Source: Candidatus Levyibacteriota bacterium
Lineage (GTDB): Bacteria > Patescibacteriota > Microgenomatia > Levybacterales > UBA12049
DNA length: 64,000 bases
Reading direction: 5' to 3'
Assembly: GCA_038254115.1 (NCBI GenBank)
Contig: JBBSGK010000001.1
Location: 67,778-131,777, forward strand
This document shows, piece by piece, positions 27,670 through 38,705 of this stretch (the stretch's first letter is position 1; each line of letters begins with the position of its first letter). The notes under the pieces are model-generated. The model was given only the letters and a program-made list of their open reading frames with translations. It was not told where the DNA came from and did not search any database. The translations under genes were made by a program, and so were the position numbers.

Positions 27670-28686
27670 ATGAACATTCCAACAGTTACACACAACGGTC
27701 TTTCTTTTATTAATCTAAATAAACCAACAGAGGCGGACATAAAATTTCTTAATAAAAATTTTGGTTTTAGCATGCTTAATCTTGAGGATTATCTGTACAA
27801 AACTCAAATCCCAAAGTTTGAGACATATAAGGATTATTCTTTACTTGTGCTGGATGTTCCTTTTATCCCGCAAGCAGGTAAGTCAAAAAAAGAAAGATCA
27901 GCAAACAAACCTTTTTTTATTCCAAATGCTATCTCAAATAGAATATCTCTCCCGATTTTTCCAAAAGCAGCAAGGAAAAAACGGATAAGCGTCGGTGAGG
28001 TAGATTTTTTTATTGGGAAAGACTATGTTGTAGTTCTTCACGACGAGAGTACACCGCAAATTGATGAGCTATTTGAGATGTGTAAGATTACATCAAAGCA
28101 CAGGGAAGAGTTGATGGGACGAGGCGCTGTTTATCTTCTATACCGCATTATAGATATTTTGGTTGACGGCGCTTTTTCATATATTGAGGATATTACAACG
28201 ACAATTGATGTGATTGACCGCCAGATTGAGGACAGCAAGTCTGCATCAGTCATTGAAGATATTTCCATGACTCGGCGCAATATTGTTGTTTTTGAAACTA
28301 TGATCAAGCCTGCACTTCCGATATTTGCAGACTTGGAAAAGGGGAGATATAAGGAATTGAATGGTGAGATGATGCCTTACTGGTCAAATATCCTAGACCA
28401 TTTGCAGAAAATTTGGGAGAGACTTGAGGACAATAAAGAGTTGATTCAAGGTATCTCATCAAGTCACGAATCCATTCTTTCAAATAGAAGTAACGAGCTA
28501 GTTAAATTTTTTACAGTACTTACTGCGATGTCCTTCCCATTTGTTATCGTTAACAATTTGTATTCTATGAATGTTAAGGGGCTGCCGTATGCTAATTCTC
28601 CCTGGATTGTTTGGGTGTTATTTTTGGTGATACTTGCCGGGGCAATGGTTGTAGTTGCTTATTTTAAATACCGCGACTGGCTCTAA
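27670..28686 (+). CDS. corA: CorA-family Mg2+/Co2+ transporter
   Basis: Two C-terminal TM helices with YSMN (GMN variant); AGGAGGT Shine-Dalgarno. Confidence 0.88.
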   Translation: MNIPTVTHNGLSFINLNKPTEADIKFLNKNFGFSMLNLEDYLYKTQIPKFETYKDYSLLVLDVPFIPQAGKSKKERSANKPFFIPNAISNRISLPIFPKAARKKRISVGEVDFFIGKDYVVVLHDESTPQIDELFEMCKITSKHREELMGRGAVYLLYRIIDILVDGAFSYIEDITTTIDVIDRQIEDSKSASVIEDISMTRRNIVVFETMIKPALPIFADLEKGRYKELNGEMMPYWSNILDHLQKIWERLEDNKELIQGISSSHESILSNRSNELVKFFTVLTAMSFPFVIVNNLYSMNVKGLPYANSPWIVWVLFLVILAGAMVVVAYFKYRDWL

Positions 28687-29792
28687 ACTCTTACCTTAAG
28701 GCTTTCTCCTTTGAAGATAATTTTTTTAGGTTTTATAATCACTTGTCTTTCTCCAGTTTCTACATAGCCCGCATTCAAGCTTTCAAAACCATTTTTATTA
28801 ACGATTTCTTGAGCTTTCGCTATATCCTTTTCAGGAAGGAAAATTGCGTAGTCCATTCCCATATTATAAGTGTCATACATTTCATAATCGGTTAAGCCTG
28901 CATGTTCCTGAATAAATACAAATATTTCATGTGGCTCAATAATTTTATCAATAAAATATGTATAATCTTGTCTTGCACGCATTAATTTCCTCATCCCATG
29001 TCCGGTTATGTTTGAGACATAATGAATGTCGATATTTTCATCCAATAAACCCTGAATTAATTTTGCATAAATATTTGTTTTTGTTAAAAGTACCTCTCCA
29101 TATGTTTTACCGCTTGGTAATTTTGTACTATAACCTTTTGGTAGTTGTTTGGCAACTGCGCGTGTTAATGAAATTCCGTTGGCATTTACGCCACTGCTTT
29201 TAACCATCAGTATCCTGTCGCCTGATTTTAATTTTTTATCGGTTATTAATCTATCTTTACTTTTAATCATTCCAATCGCCGATCCTCCAAGCTCTGATGT
29301 TCCGGGGACAACAATACCCTTCATCGTTGGAGTTTCTCCACCGCCCCATGAGACTCCGGCGATATCGCACGCATTCTTCCATCCGTTAATAAGATCCGTC
29401 ATCCTTTTTTCATCAGATAGCCACTCATTGTCCTCAATAGCCCAGTAAGCATGAAGAACAAGAGGTGTTGCGCCTACAGTTATTAAATCATTGATAACTG
29501 TTGCGACAGTATCATGACCGATGTTGTCGTAGTAGGTTTTACCTGTAATTTTTCTGGTGTCGTCTGCGATAAGATTTTTAGTACCCAATCCTTCAATAAC
29601 CGATGCCATGAATACATTCCCTTGTTTCCAAACATATGCTGACTCACCACGGGAGTCTGAAACTTCTTCAAAACCATGTTTCTTTAGATTGATACCGGTA
29701 TTTGCTGCAGCAGATTGAGCCAGTACTTTGACTGGGTCTTTTGTGTCATAGTTATCTCCAACTTCTGAATAAGTAATTTTGTTATTTTTCAT
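28683..29792 (-). CDS. purM: Phosphoribosylaminoimidazole (AIR) synthetase
   Basis: EGLGTK, INDLI..GA, GGETP, SSGVNANG, NITGHG, TYNMG. Confidence 0.92.
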   Translation of the reverse strand: MKNNKITYSEVGDNYDTKDPVKVLAQSAAANTGINLKKHGFEEVSDSRGESAYVWKQGNVFMASVIEGLGTKNLIADDTRKITGKTYYDNIGHDTVATVINDLITVGATPLVLHAYWAIEDNEWLSDEKRMTDLINGWKNACDIAGVSWGGGETPTMKGIVVPGTSELGGSAIGMIKSKDRLITDKKLKSGDRILMVKSSGVNANGISLTRAVAKQLPKGYSTKLPSGKTYGEVLLTKTNIYAKLIQGLLDENIDIHYVSNITGHGMRKLMRARQDYTYFIDKIIEPHEIFVFIQEHAGLTDYEMYDTYNMGMDYAIFLPEKDIAKAQEIVNKNGFESLNAGYVETGERQVIIKPKKIIFKGESLKVRV

Positions 29793-30436
29793 AGTGATTG
29801 TATTATAGCAGGTGTTAGTTCATCAAAAGATGTAATAATTTTATCAGCACTTTTTAGTTCTTTAGGATGATGCGTTGTGGTAATTGCAATGCATTTCATG
29901 CCAGCACTTTTTGCCGATTTTATACCGTTTGAAGAATCTTCAATCACAATACAATTTTTTGGATCAACATTTAGCATTTTTGCAGTAAGTAGAAATAATT
30001 CAGGATTTGGTTTGCCTTCTGAAACCTGATCACCTCCTGAAACAACTCTAAATTTATCACGGATTCCTAGTATCTTTAAAACTAATTCTACAAAATGAGT
30101 TGGTGATCCGGAGGCAACTCCTAGTTTGTAACCCTTTAATCTATTAATCAAATCAATTATACCTGGAATTGATATAATTTGGTCGTGTGGTATTTTTTTC
30201 ATTTTCAGCCATTTTTTTCTTACTGCCTCGCTAGGAGAGTAGTTAACTGAATGTTTTATAAATTCATTTTTAAACTGTACACCGTCTTTTGTTCCTGAGT
30301 ACAATAAAGTTATTTCTTTTTCTGAGATGTCTATACCATAACTTAAAAAGATTGCGCTTTCAATTTTAGCGTGAATCCTTTCAGTATCGGAGATGACCCC
30401 ATCCATGTCAAAAATAACTGCTCTTATTTTCGTCAT
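29789..30436 (-). CDS. HAD-superfamily phosphatase
   Basis: IFDMDGV, KPNPELF, IEDS.NGI.SA. Confidence 0.9.
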   Translation of the reverse strand: MTKIRAVIFDMDGVISDTERIHAKIESAIFLSYGIDISEKEITLLYSGTKDGVQFKNEFIKHSVNYSPSEAVRKKWLKMKKIPHDQIISIPGIIDLINRLKGYKLGVASGSPTHFVELVLKILGIRDKFRVVSGGDQVSEGKPNPELFLLTAKMLNVDPKNCIVIEDSSNGIKSAKSAGMKCIAITTTHHPKELKSADKIITSFDELTPAIIQSL

Positions 30437-31404
30437 ATTTTTTTGCTTAAATTCTTCATTATTCTATCTTCAATCGGGTAATCAAAAGCTTTGAAATTTT
30501 TTCCTGTTATTTTTTCGTAGACGCTGATGTAGCGTTGAGAAGTTGCTAAGATTAATTCCTGGGCCATTTCTGGTGGTCTGCCGTTGCCAGAGTAGCCCTT
30601 TTCTGCGTACCAGAGCCTTATAAATTCTTTGTCAAAATTTTCAGGTTCCAAGTTTTTGCTAAACCTTTCATCGTAAGTATTTGCTATCCAAAATCTTGAT
30701 GAATCTGGAGTATGAATTTCATCTATTAGTATAAGTTTGTCGTCATACAAACCAAATTCGTATTTTGTATCGACAAGTATTAGTCCACTTCTTTTGCATA
30801 GCCTTTGTCCATATTCAAACAATTTAAGCGAGACTTCTTCCATTTGCTCATATAGATTTTGGGGGACCAATTTTTTTCCGATAATTTCTTTTTTGGTCAA
30901 CCGCGTATCATGCCCTCCTTTACCGGTCATATCTCCGTGATATGTAGGTGTAATAACGGGTATAGGAAGTTTTTGATTTTTTTTCAAGCCGTTCGGAAAA
31001 TTAATTCCATAAATTTCCCTCTCACCTTTTTTGTATGAATCCCAAATTGATGTGACAGTAACTCCTGTCATGTATCCGCGTACTACAATTTCAATTGGAA
31101 TCAGTTCGCAGTTTTTTGAAATCAAAACATTTGGATCGGGGACTGAGATCATATGATTTGGAACAATATTTTTTGTTTTCTCAAACCAAAACTCAGCAAG
31201 CTGATTGAGTACGGCCCCTTTGAATGGAACGTATCCAAGCATGACATCAAATGCCGACTGTCGGTCAGTTGTGATAGTTATTCTTTTATCATTTTTAATA
31301 TAAAAGTCGCGGACTTTCCCCTGATGTTTTCTGCCGAGGTTTGGGAGATTTATTGTCTTTAATACATTTGGAAGTGATGTTAGAATTGTTTGTTCATTTA
31401 CCAT
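30433..31404 (-). CDS. purC: SAICAR synthetase
   Basis: [43 protein letters not shown]. Confidence 0.96.
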   Translation of the reverse strand: MVNEQTILTSLPNVLKTINLPNLGRKHQGKVRDFYIKNDKRITITTDRQSAFDVMLGYVPFKGAVLNQLAEFWFEKTKNIVPNHMISVPDPNVLISKNCELIPIEIVVRGYMTGVTVTSIWDSYKKGEREIYGINFPNGLKKNQKLPIPVITPTYHGDMTGKGGHDTRLTKKEIIGKKLVPQNLYEQMEEVSLKLFEYGQRLCKRSGLILVDTKYEFGLYDDKLILIDEIHTPDSSRFWIANTYDERFSKNLEPENFDKEFIRLWYAEKGYSGNGRPPEMAQELILATSQRYISVYEKITGKNFKAFDYPIEDRIMKNLSKKI

Positions 31405-31891
31405 CTTGTTTCAATTTTTCATTTTTCGCTTTTACTGTCGATTCCATATTCTTCTTGTACTGTTCGATTTTTGATTGTAACTGCGGATTTGATGTCCCCA
31501 AAATTTCAATTGCCAAAAGTCCTGCATTTTTGGCGCCATTTACAGCTACTGTCGCAACGGGTATTCCGGCCGGCATTTGGGCAATGGATACCAAAGAGTC
31601 CAGACCATCCATAGTACTTGTTTTGATAGGTACCCCAATTGTTGGTAAAGAGGTGAATGACGCGGTCATACCGGGTAAATGTGCAGCCCCCCCGGCTCCT
31701 GCTATTATTACCTTAAGGCCTTTGCCGATAGCGGACTTAGCGTATTCAGACATATAATCCGGTGTTCTGTGGGCCGAAACAATTTCCAGCTCAAAAGAAA
31801 CGCCGAACTCCTCCAACACTTTGGCTGCTTCTTGCATAACAGGGAGATCGGAATCCGAACCCATTATTATGCCGACAAGTGGTTTATTCAT
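31394..31891 (-). CDS. purE: N5-CAIR mutase
   Basis: [24 protein letters not shown]. Confidence 0.98.
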   Translation of the reverse strand: MNKPLVGIIMGSDSDLPVMQEAAKVLEEFGVSFELEIVSAHRTPDYMSEYAKSAIGKGLKVIIAGAGGAAHLPGMTASFTSLPTIGVPIKTSTMDGLDSLVSIAQMPAGIPVATVAVNGAKNAGLLAIEILGTSNPQLQSKIEQYKKNMESTVKAKNEKLKQDGK

Positions 31892-33015
31892 ATAGTTATA
31901 TAACTTCCCGCAAGTTTTGCGTTTTTTAAAGCCTCTTCAAGTGTATCCGCAACGGCTGTAATGTGTCCCATTTTACGCTCTGGTTTCGTCTCCAGTTTAC
32001 CATAAATATGTACCTTTACGCCAGGTATTTTTTCAGCAATTTCTACGCCTTTCGGATCTGCATTTCCAGTTCTATTGCCCAAGATATTTATCATAACAGC
32101 AGCAGGAGAGGTTGTCTTGGTTGATCCAAGATTCATTCCTGTTACTGCCCTTATGTGCTGCTCGAACTGGGAAGTTTCATTTGCTTCAATTGTGTGATGT
32201 CCTGAGTTATGAACTCGTGGTGCAATTTCATTAATTAGTACTTCACCATCCTCTGTCAAAAACATTTCAATCCCGAAGACTCCTGCTCCCTTGAGGTGTT
32301 TCATAACTTCAATTCCTAATGCTTTTGCTTTATCTGCAATTTTTTTATCCATAGGTGCAGGGGAGAGAAGATAGTGCAAAATATTATTTTTATGAATTGT
32401 TTCAACCACTGGATAAGTTACAATTTCGCCATTTGTGCTACGTCCTACAATAATAGCCAGTTCTTTAATAAATGGTACAAATTTTTCTACGTACAATTTT
32501 CTTCCTCCAAGTTTGCCTAATGCACTATCAATTTGCGACTCATCTTCTATTAAGGCATTACCCCGCCCATCATATGCATCAAAGCGTGCTTTTAATAAAA
32601 TAGGGTAGCCGAATTTTTCAGCTGATTTTAAAACATCTTTTTTAGTGTTTATATCGAGAAAGTCAGAAACAGGTAGATTATTTGTCTTCAAAAACTGCTT
32701 TTGCAAAAATTTATCACGGATAATCTCAAGAGTTTCAGGAGATGGGTTTATCTTAACGCCTTTTTCTTCGAGTTCTTTTAAAATGTCGGAGTTTGCCAGT
32801 TCAATCTCAAATGTCAGATAATCAGAAATATCTCCAAGCTCCCGGATCGCTTTCTCGTCTTTAAAATCTGCTATTATCTGGCTATCTGCTATTTGACCTG
32901 CAGGACTCTTGGGGGTTGGGTCGATGATATTAACTGTGAAGCCTAATTTTTTTGCAGGAGCGGTCAGCATTCTACCAAGTTGCCCGCCGCCAACAATTCC
33001 AATTCTTTTTTTCAT
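31888..33015 (-). CDS. purK: N5-CAIR synthase
   Basis: [30 protein letters not shown]. Confidence 0.97.
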   Translation of the reverse strand: MKKRIGIVGGGQLGRMLTAPAKKLGFTVNIIDPTPKSPAGQIADSQIIADFKDEKAIRELGDISDYLTFEIELANSDILKELEEKGVKINPSPETLEIIRDKFLQKQFLKTNNLPVSDFLDINTKKDVLKSAEKFGYPILLKARFDAYDGRGNALIEDESQIDSALGKLGGRKLYVEKFVPFIKELAIIVGRSTNGEIVTYPVVETIHKNNILHYLLSPAPMDKKIADKAKALGIEVMKHLKGAGVFGIEMFLTEDGEVLINEIAPRVHNSGHHTIEANETSQFEQHIRAVTGMNLGSTKTTSPAAVMINILGNRTGNADPKGVEIAEKIPGVKVHIYGKLETKPERKMGHITAVADTLEEALKNAKLAGSYITI

Positions 33016-34409
33016 CTACTGCAAAGATTTTTTATATTTTCAGCTAATTTTTTTGCTCTCTCGGGGGCGTCGCCAGTGTGGGATTTTACATCTAGCAATT
33101 CTTCAATTTCTTTTTTATTGAGATATTTGTTAATTGTTTGATCAGACAATAATAAATCTTTCATTGGGTTTGGATTGCCATTTGATACTTCTTCCCAAGC
33201 TTTCATTGAAATTTCTCGAAGCACCTCGTGCGTCTCCTGGCGGTCTGCGCCTTTTTTAACTGATTCAATTATTATCAGCTCAGTTGCCGAGAAAGGAGCA
33301 TATTGATTAAGGTTTTGCATGATTTTGTTTTCATTAATAACCATTCCGCCAATTAATTTTTTTGCAGTTTCCAAAATATCATCTGTTGCTAGAAAAGCTT
33401 CGGGCATAATAACACGTTTGTTGGCAGAATCGTCAAGAGTTCTTTCAAGAAGTGAAACAGAGGCATTCTCTAGCGCAACCGGAGGGAGCGATCTAACATA
33501 TCTTGCAAGTGAACAAACTTTTTCAGATGTAAAAGGATTTCTTTTAAAAGGCATTGCCGATGATCCGACTTGTTTTTTACCAAACGGCTCAGACCATTCA
33601 CCAAAACCGGGGGATTGCATAATACGCAAATCAAATGCAAACTTTGAGATGCTGGATGCAATTGATGCCAGCGAAGATAGAATAAAGTAATCAAATTTTC
33701 TAGGATTAACCTGGCTTGAGATTAGAACAGCATCAAGGTCCAAGTCTTTCAAGAATTTTTCTTCAAGTTGGGCCGGTGTGGTAGTAGTTCCTTTCAATAA
33801 TGCTGAGTAACTTGCCGCTGTGCCGACTGCGCCTTTTAAACCTTTTCCTTTGATGGTTTGTTTAATAAAACGCAATTGTCCAAGATCCAGCAAAAGGTCT
33901 TGCGCATAAAAAGCAAATCTATATCCGAGAGTTGTCGGTTCTGCCGGCTGCAAATGAGTGTATCCCATGCATGCATGATCTGCATATTTTGAGATTTTTT
34001 CCTCAAGAAGTTTTAATACACTTATTAATTTTTCTTCAATTATATTTAGCGCTTCTTTGTTACGGAGTGTTTCTGCATTGTCAACAATGTCCTGACTTGT
34101 TGCACCCAGATGAATTTTTCCACCGCCAATTTTTGCTTTTTCTGAAAATTCTTTCAGAGCTGAAACTACATCATGATTTGTGTCTTTTTCAATTTCAAGT
34201 ATACGCCCGATGTCAAAATCGTCTACATTTTTTTCCAGATCCTTCAGTTCCTCAGTACTTACCAATCCCGTAGAGTTTTGTGCTTTTGCAAGTGCCACCC
34301 AGAGTTTTCTCCAGGTCCTGTATTTATTTTCCTCACTAAAAATACCTCTCATTTTTTCAGATCCGTATCTCCAGCTAAAAGGCGATTGATATGTTTTAAA
34401 ATTTATCAT
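33012..34409 (-). CDS. purB: Adenylosuccinate lyase
   Basis: HLGATSQD, THLQPA, GSSAMPFKRNP, ERTLDDSA. Confidence 0.97.
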   Translation of the reverse strand: MINFKTYQSPFSWRYGSEKMRGIFSEENKYRTWRKLWVALAKAQNSTGLVSTEELKDLEKNVDDFDIGRILEIEKDTNHDVVSALKEFSEKAKIGGGKIHLGATSQDIVDNAETLRNKEALNIIEEKLISVLKLLEEKISKYADHACMGYTHLQPAEPTTLGYRFAFYAQDLLLDLGQLRFIKQTIKGKGLKGAVGTAASYSALLKGTTTTPAQLEEKFLKDLDLDAVLISSQVNPRKFDYFILSSLASIASSISKFAFDLRIMQSPGFGEWSEPFGKKQVGSSAMPFKRNPFTSEKVCSLARYVRSLPPVALENASVSLLERTLDDSANKRVIMPEAFLATDDILETAKKLIGGMVINENKIMQNLNQYAPFSATELIIIESVKKGADRQETHEVLREISMKAWEEVSNGNPNPMKDLLLSDQTINKYLNKKEIEELLDVKSHTGDAPERAKKLAENIKNLCSR

Positions 34410-35497
34410 GAAATTATTGAATCTAGCTTATTTGATTCTGCTGCTTCTTTTATTTCCATAGCTACCCGTTTACCGACATTGATTGGCTCTCCAAATAAAT
34501 ATCCGCTGTAGGGAGTTGCTGTAATTCCCGGAGATCCGGGGAATCTTGGCGAGACATCAATTACAACAATATCCTTTTTTGGAGGACCCGGTATTATAAA
34601 AGATTGAAGTGCAAAGGGTCCAATTATACCGGGATTCTTTAGTTTATTGCATGCTGTCACAAATCTTTCTCCTATTTCAAATACCTGCTCAAGCATAGAT
34701 TCAAGAACAGTAACTGCAGTATGGCTTGCTTCCTCATATGAGATGGTTACTTTTTTTAATAATTCCTCCTGGTAATTTAGAGGAAGTTTCGTGATGCCGT
34801 CAAAATTTGTCTGTCGTCTGGTATCTGTTCCTAGTAATTCCAAGCGGTTATGGATAGGAGAATAGAAAAAATTAAAATTTACTTGGACTCCAACAATAAA
34901 TTCTTCAATTACTGCTTTCTTTAGCAAGTCTTCTGTGATTAGACCAAGATATAATTTTTGCTCTGTTTGCTTAATATAGTCTTCATAACTATCAACTATA
35001 AAAAATGCCCTCTCAAACTCTCGCTCCTTTTCAAGAACTTTCACAAGACACACCCTGTCAATTTTTTTGGGATCCTTGAATTGTTTCGGATAGCGTATCC
35101 CTGCTGCGTCTAAGAGATCGTATTGATTTGGTTTGGCCCCTCTTTCTTCAATTCTTAACAATTTTTTGTTGCCAAACATAGGAACTGAGAATTTGTTTTC
35201 AATTGCATCATAGTCATTTATATAAACTTCAAATGACCTGTTGGGAATAAATATTGCGTTTTTACTCTTTAACTTTTCCTGAATAGGTGGTGTTAGAATA
35301 TCAGAAAATTTATCAACCAATAAAATTTCATCAACGCATCCAAGATTGCCTTTGGTTTTATAATAATTTGCATACGTTTTTTCCCTTCCTTTTTGGCATA
35401 CAATTATATTCTTAAATCCGATGTCCTTGGCGCCGCGGGCAACTTCAAGTGCTGAATGGCTGCCTATTGTTGCGATAGTTATGTTTTTATTATTCAT
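34406..35497 (-). CDS. PurP-like ATP-grasp protein (DUF1246/DUF1297), second paralog
   Basis: IATIGSHSALEV..GAK..GF, FIPNRSF, FFYSP, DTRRQTN.DG, IIGPFALQ. Confidence 0.88.
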   Translation of the reverse strand: MNNKNITIATIGSHSALEVARGAKDIGFKNIIVCQKGREKTYANYYKTKGNLGCVDEILLVDKFSDILTPPIQEKLKSKNAIFIPNRSFEVYINDYDAIENKFSVPMFGNKKLLRIEERGAKPNQYDLLDAAGIRYPKQFKDPKKIDRVCLVKVLEKEREFERAFFIVDSYEDYIKQTEQKLYLGLITEDLLKKAVIEEFIVGVQVNFNFFYSPIHNRLELLGTDTRRQTNFDGITKLPLNYQEELLKKVTISYEEASHTAVTVLESMLEQVFEIGERFVTACNKLKNPGIIGPFALQSFIIPGPPKKDIVVIDVSPRFPGSPGITATPYSGYLFGEPINVGKRVAMEIKEAAESNKLDSIIS

Positions 35498-36144
35498 TGG
35501 TGATGATGCTTGATAGGTTCTAATCCGTCGACTTCTTCAATGAAAAAATCAACGCCATCAGTTTTTATCTTGATATATGCGGTATTTGCAATTGAATAAT
35601 CGGCAAGCTCCTTGTATGTTTTATATCCCAAGTGAACTAAGAACGTTCTCATAATTGAGGTGTGACTGATTGTCAAAACGGTCTTGTTAGGGTAGGAAAT
35701 AGCAATTTCCCGGAGCGCAGTTATAAATCGTGACATAACTTCCTCATCAGTTTCGCGTCCAACGGCAAGAGTTTTACTTTTCCATTCATCATAAGGAATG
35801 TTATACATTGTATCTATAATTTCCTTTATTTCTTTTTTTGCTTCAGCTGTAGGGCGTCCTTCCAATACTCCATGAAACCTTTCTTTCAAGTGTTCTTTGG
35901 TAAGAACGGCGAGCTTATGTTCCTCAGCAATAATTTTGGCGGTTTGCTGTGCTCTTACCAAAGGTGATGCAAAAATGACATCAAATTTAATTTTTTTAAG
36001 GTTTTTTGCCGCATCTTTCGCCTGCTCTTGCCCTTTTTCAGTTAATTCTTTATCTAGTCCGTAGGTATCAACAGGATGGTTTCCATGGGATTGTCCATGG
36101 CGTACTAGATAAATTGTGCAATAGTTTTTATCTTTCATAGTCAA
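35494..36144 (-). CDS. Histidine phosphatase family protein
   Basis: LVRHGQS, SPLVRAQQTA, LTISH. Confidence 0.9.
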   Translation of the reverse strand: MTMKDKNYCTIYLVRHGQSHGNHPVDTYGLDKELTEKGQEQAKDAAKNLKKIKFDVIFASPLVRAQQTAKIIAEEHKLAVLTKEHLKERFHGVLEGRPTAEAKKEIKEIIDTMYNIPYDEWKSKTLAVGRETDEEVMSRFITALREIAISYPNKTVLTISHTSIMRTFLVHLGYKTYKELADYSIANTAYIKIKTDGVDFFIEEVDGLEPIKHHHQ

Positions 36145-37685
36145 TGTTTAAATGCTCTTATTCCTGTCATTATCATAGCAACTCCTGATTCATTACATGC
36201 ATCAATTGTTTCTTGGTCTCTTATCGATCCGCCCGGCTGAATAATAGCTATTATGCCAGCTTTTATCAGTATATCAGGTCCATCCCGGAAGGGAAAAAAT
36301 CCATCAGTTGCAGCGACTGCACCGGTTAGGGGTTTAACGGCTTTACTTACGCATAATTCACAGCAGCGTTTCCGGTCTTGCTGCCCGACACCCGATGCCA
36401 AAAGTACACCATTTTTTACAGCTACAACACAATTTGATTTACTGACTTGGGATATACTCCATGCAAATAATAAGTCATCCAGTTGTTCTTTAGTTGGTTT
36501 TATTTTTGTAACACATTTCAGATCTTTTTTGGTCAATTCATATGTATCTGTGTCTTGCATAATATAACCGCCCCTGATTTTTTTCTGCTCTTTATAATTT
36601 TTGAGATATGGCTTTGATAACTGGGTATTCTCCAGCAATTGCAATTTAGGTTTTTTGGATAAAGCTTCTAGTGCTTTTTTTGAAAACCCAGGCGCCGCAA
36701 TCACCTCGAAGAATTTTTTATCCAAAAGCATGAGAGTGGCCAAATCTTGCGTAACGGCTCTATTGAAAATTATAACTCCGCCGAATGCTGCCAGAGGATC
36801 GCCATCAAACCATGCTTTTTGAAATGCATCTTCTACGGTTTCAGAAACAGCAGCTCCGCAGGGATTGGTGTGTTTGAGAATTACACAAGCCGGGGATTTT
36901 TGTCCTATTAAAGAAATTGCCTGAAGACCTGCATCCAGATCAAGATAATTATTGTATGATGTTTCTTTCCCCTGCAAAACTTTGTAATTTCCCAGTCCCA
37001 ATCCATCTTTGTTTTTAGCATCTTTGAAAAATTCTGCGCTTTGATGCGGGTTTTCTCCATAGCGTAATTTTTTTCCATTTTGCAGCGTAATAAATTTATC
37101 AGTTCCGTCTATTTCTTTCTGAAAATAATTTGCTATTATTTCATTATACTGCGCAACGTAAGAAAAGGCTTTGGCGGCCAGTGCTTTACGAAAATCTTCA
37201 TTAGTCACGTTAGTTTTTTCAATTTCTTTTGCGACAGATTTATAATCTCTAGGATCGGTAACTACAGTTACACTTTTATAATTTTTGGCAGCGGATCTCA
37301 CCATTGTTGGACCGCCTATATCGATCATTTCAATACCCGGTTGATCAGCGAAAGGATAAAAATTGCAAATAACAAAATCTATAATAGGAGTTTGAAGTTC
37401 TGCTGCTTGTTTTGCATGAGTTTTATTGCCGCGGTCAAACAAAAGGCCTGATGCAATTTGAAAGCTTATTGTTTTTACACGTCCATCAAAACTCTCAGGA
37501 GATTTGGTTATTTCTTCGATCGGAATTATTTTTATACCGTTTTTAATTAAATACTTTGCCGTCCCGCCTGTTGAAATAATATTGATTCCATTTTTGAGGA
37601 GTATTTTTGCCAGATCTAAGATACCTGTTTTGTCATAAACACTAATTAGAGCGTATTTTTGATTTACTGTTTGGTTCTTCTTCAT
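36141..37685 (-). CDS. purH: Bifunctional AICAR formyltransferase / IMP cyclohydrolase
   Basis: LISVYDKTG, STGGT, DIGGPTMVRSAAKN, LRYGENPHQ, KHTNPCG, DGFFPF, IQPGGS.RD. Confidence 0.96.
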   Translation of the reverse strand: MKKNQTVNQKYALISVYDKTGILDLAKILLKNGINIISTGGTAKYLIKNGIKIIPIEEITKSPESFDGRVKTISFQIASGLLFDRGNKTHAKQAAELQTPIIDFVICNFYPFADQPGIEMIDIGGPTMVRSAAKNYKSVTVVTDPRDYKSVAKEIEKTNVTNEDFRKALAAKAFSYVAQYNEIIANYFQKEIDGTDKFITLQNGKKLRYGENPHQSAEFFKDAKNKDGLGLGNYKVLQGKETSYNNYLDLDAGLQAISLIGQKSPACVILKHTNPCGAAVSETVEDAFQKAWFDGDPLAAFGGVIIFNRAVTQDLATLMLLDKKFFEVIAAPGFSKKALEALSKKPKLQLLENTQLSKPYLKNYKEQKKIRGGYIMQDTDTYELTKKDLKCVTKIKPTKEQLDDLLFAWSISQVSKSNCVVAVKNGVLLASGVGQQDRKRCCELCVSKAVKPLTGAVAATDGFFPFRDGPDILIKAGIIAIIQPGGSIRDQETIDACNESGVAMIMTGIRAFKH

Positions 37686-37687
37686 AA

Positions 37688-38704
37688 CTAATCCAGAATA
37701 ATTGAAAGTTTGTCTTTCTTAATAGCATTTTTTATTTCCCTGGCAATTCTCCGGCCTGTACTCATCGGTTCATTGTAATAAAGCCAAGAGTAAGCAGAGC
37801 CGTTGATAAATAAGTTTGTTCCGGCGACGATTCTTGCGGAAATTTCCAAAACAAAAAACCTGCCGTCAGGAGTGATAATTGTCTCAAGACAGAAAGGACC
37901 AAAAATTCCCCTTTTATCAATCACTTTTTTTGATTGCGCTATCGTTTTTTTGGCCATATTATATGCCTCAGAAAGCATACTTTCACGTAGTACCAAATCG
38001 CTGTTCCCGACAACAACGTAGCTTGGCTCAATATCTAGCTCTTCTTGTCCGAGGAGTGGAATTCTTCCTATGCCATCAGCATTGGTTTCATAGCGCCTAT
38101 CCATACTCATGATTTCAAGTTTATTGGATAGAGGGGAGTAAAAATAGTGAATATATAACGGGACACCTATGACATATTCTTGTATTACAAATTGTTTATT
38201 CTCAAAAACGCTTATTTTATTTTCAAAATCACTTCTGTTTTTTGCGTAGAAATATCCTTTGCCGCCTGATGCACCATATGACTTAACAATGATAGGGTAT
38301 TTTACCGGCTCGTGCTCAAAATCAAATTGGTGGGGCACATTGATTCCTGCATTTACAAGCCACTCGCGCTGCTTTTGTCTGTCTTCTTCCCAGTCGAGGA
38401 CATTTTTATTGCCATAATACAAAACGTTCATACTCTTATTCTTCTCAGCGCCGAGATAGGCAACAAATGAGCCGTGAGGAATTAGAATTACATTCTTATC
38501 TATTAATTCTTTCTCAATCGTCGGGAATTCAGAAAAAGAGGGGAGAGTTATAAATTCATCAATAAAGGGAAATGTTTTATAAAACTCTTCTTTTCCTGGA
38601 GTTGTTATTATTAGAGTTCTGAATCCTTCATCTTTTGCACCTTTTAATATCTGAAGCGCCGAGTGGCTTCCAAGTGTCGAGATTATGTATTTTTTATTAT
38701 TCAT
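37688..38704 (-). CDS. purP: FAICAR synthetase PurP (formate-dependent, archaeal type)
   Basis: LGSHSALQILKGAKDEGF, IPHGSF, GGKGYF, FGPFCLE, EISARIVAGTN, MSTGRRIAREI. Confidence 0.9.
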   Translation of the reverse strand: MNNKKYIISTLGSHSALQILKGAKDEGFRTLIITTPGKEEFYKTFPFIDEFITLPSFSEFPTIEKELIDKNVILIPHGSFVAYLGAEKNKSMNVLYYGNKNVLDWEEDRQKQREWLVNAGINVPHQFDFEHEPVKYPIIVKSYGASGGKGYFYAKNRSDFENKISVFENKQFVIQEYVIGVPLYIHYFYSPLSNKLEIMSMDRRYETNADGIGRIPLLGQEELDIEPSYVVVGNSDLVLRESMLSEAYNMAKKTIAQSKKVIDKRGIFGPFCLETIITPDGRFFVLEISARIVAGTNLFINGSAYSWLYYNEPMSTGRRIAREIKNAIKKDKLSIILD

Positions 38705-38705
38705 G

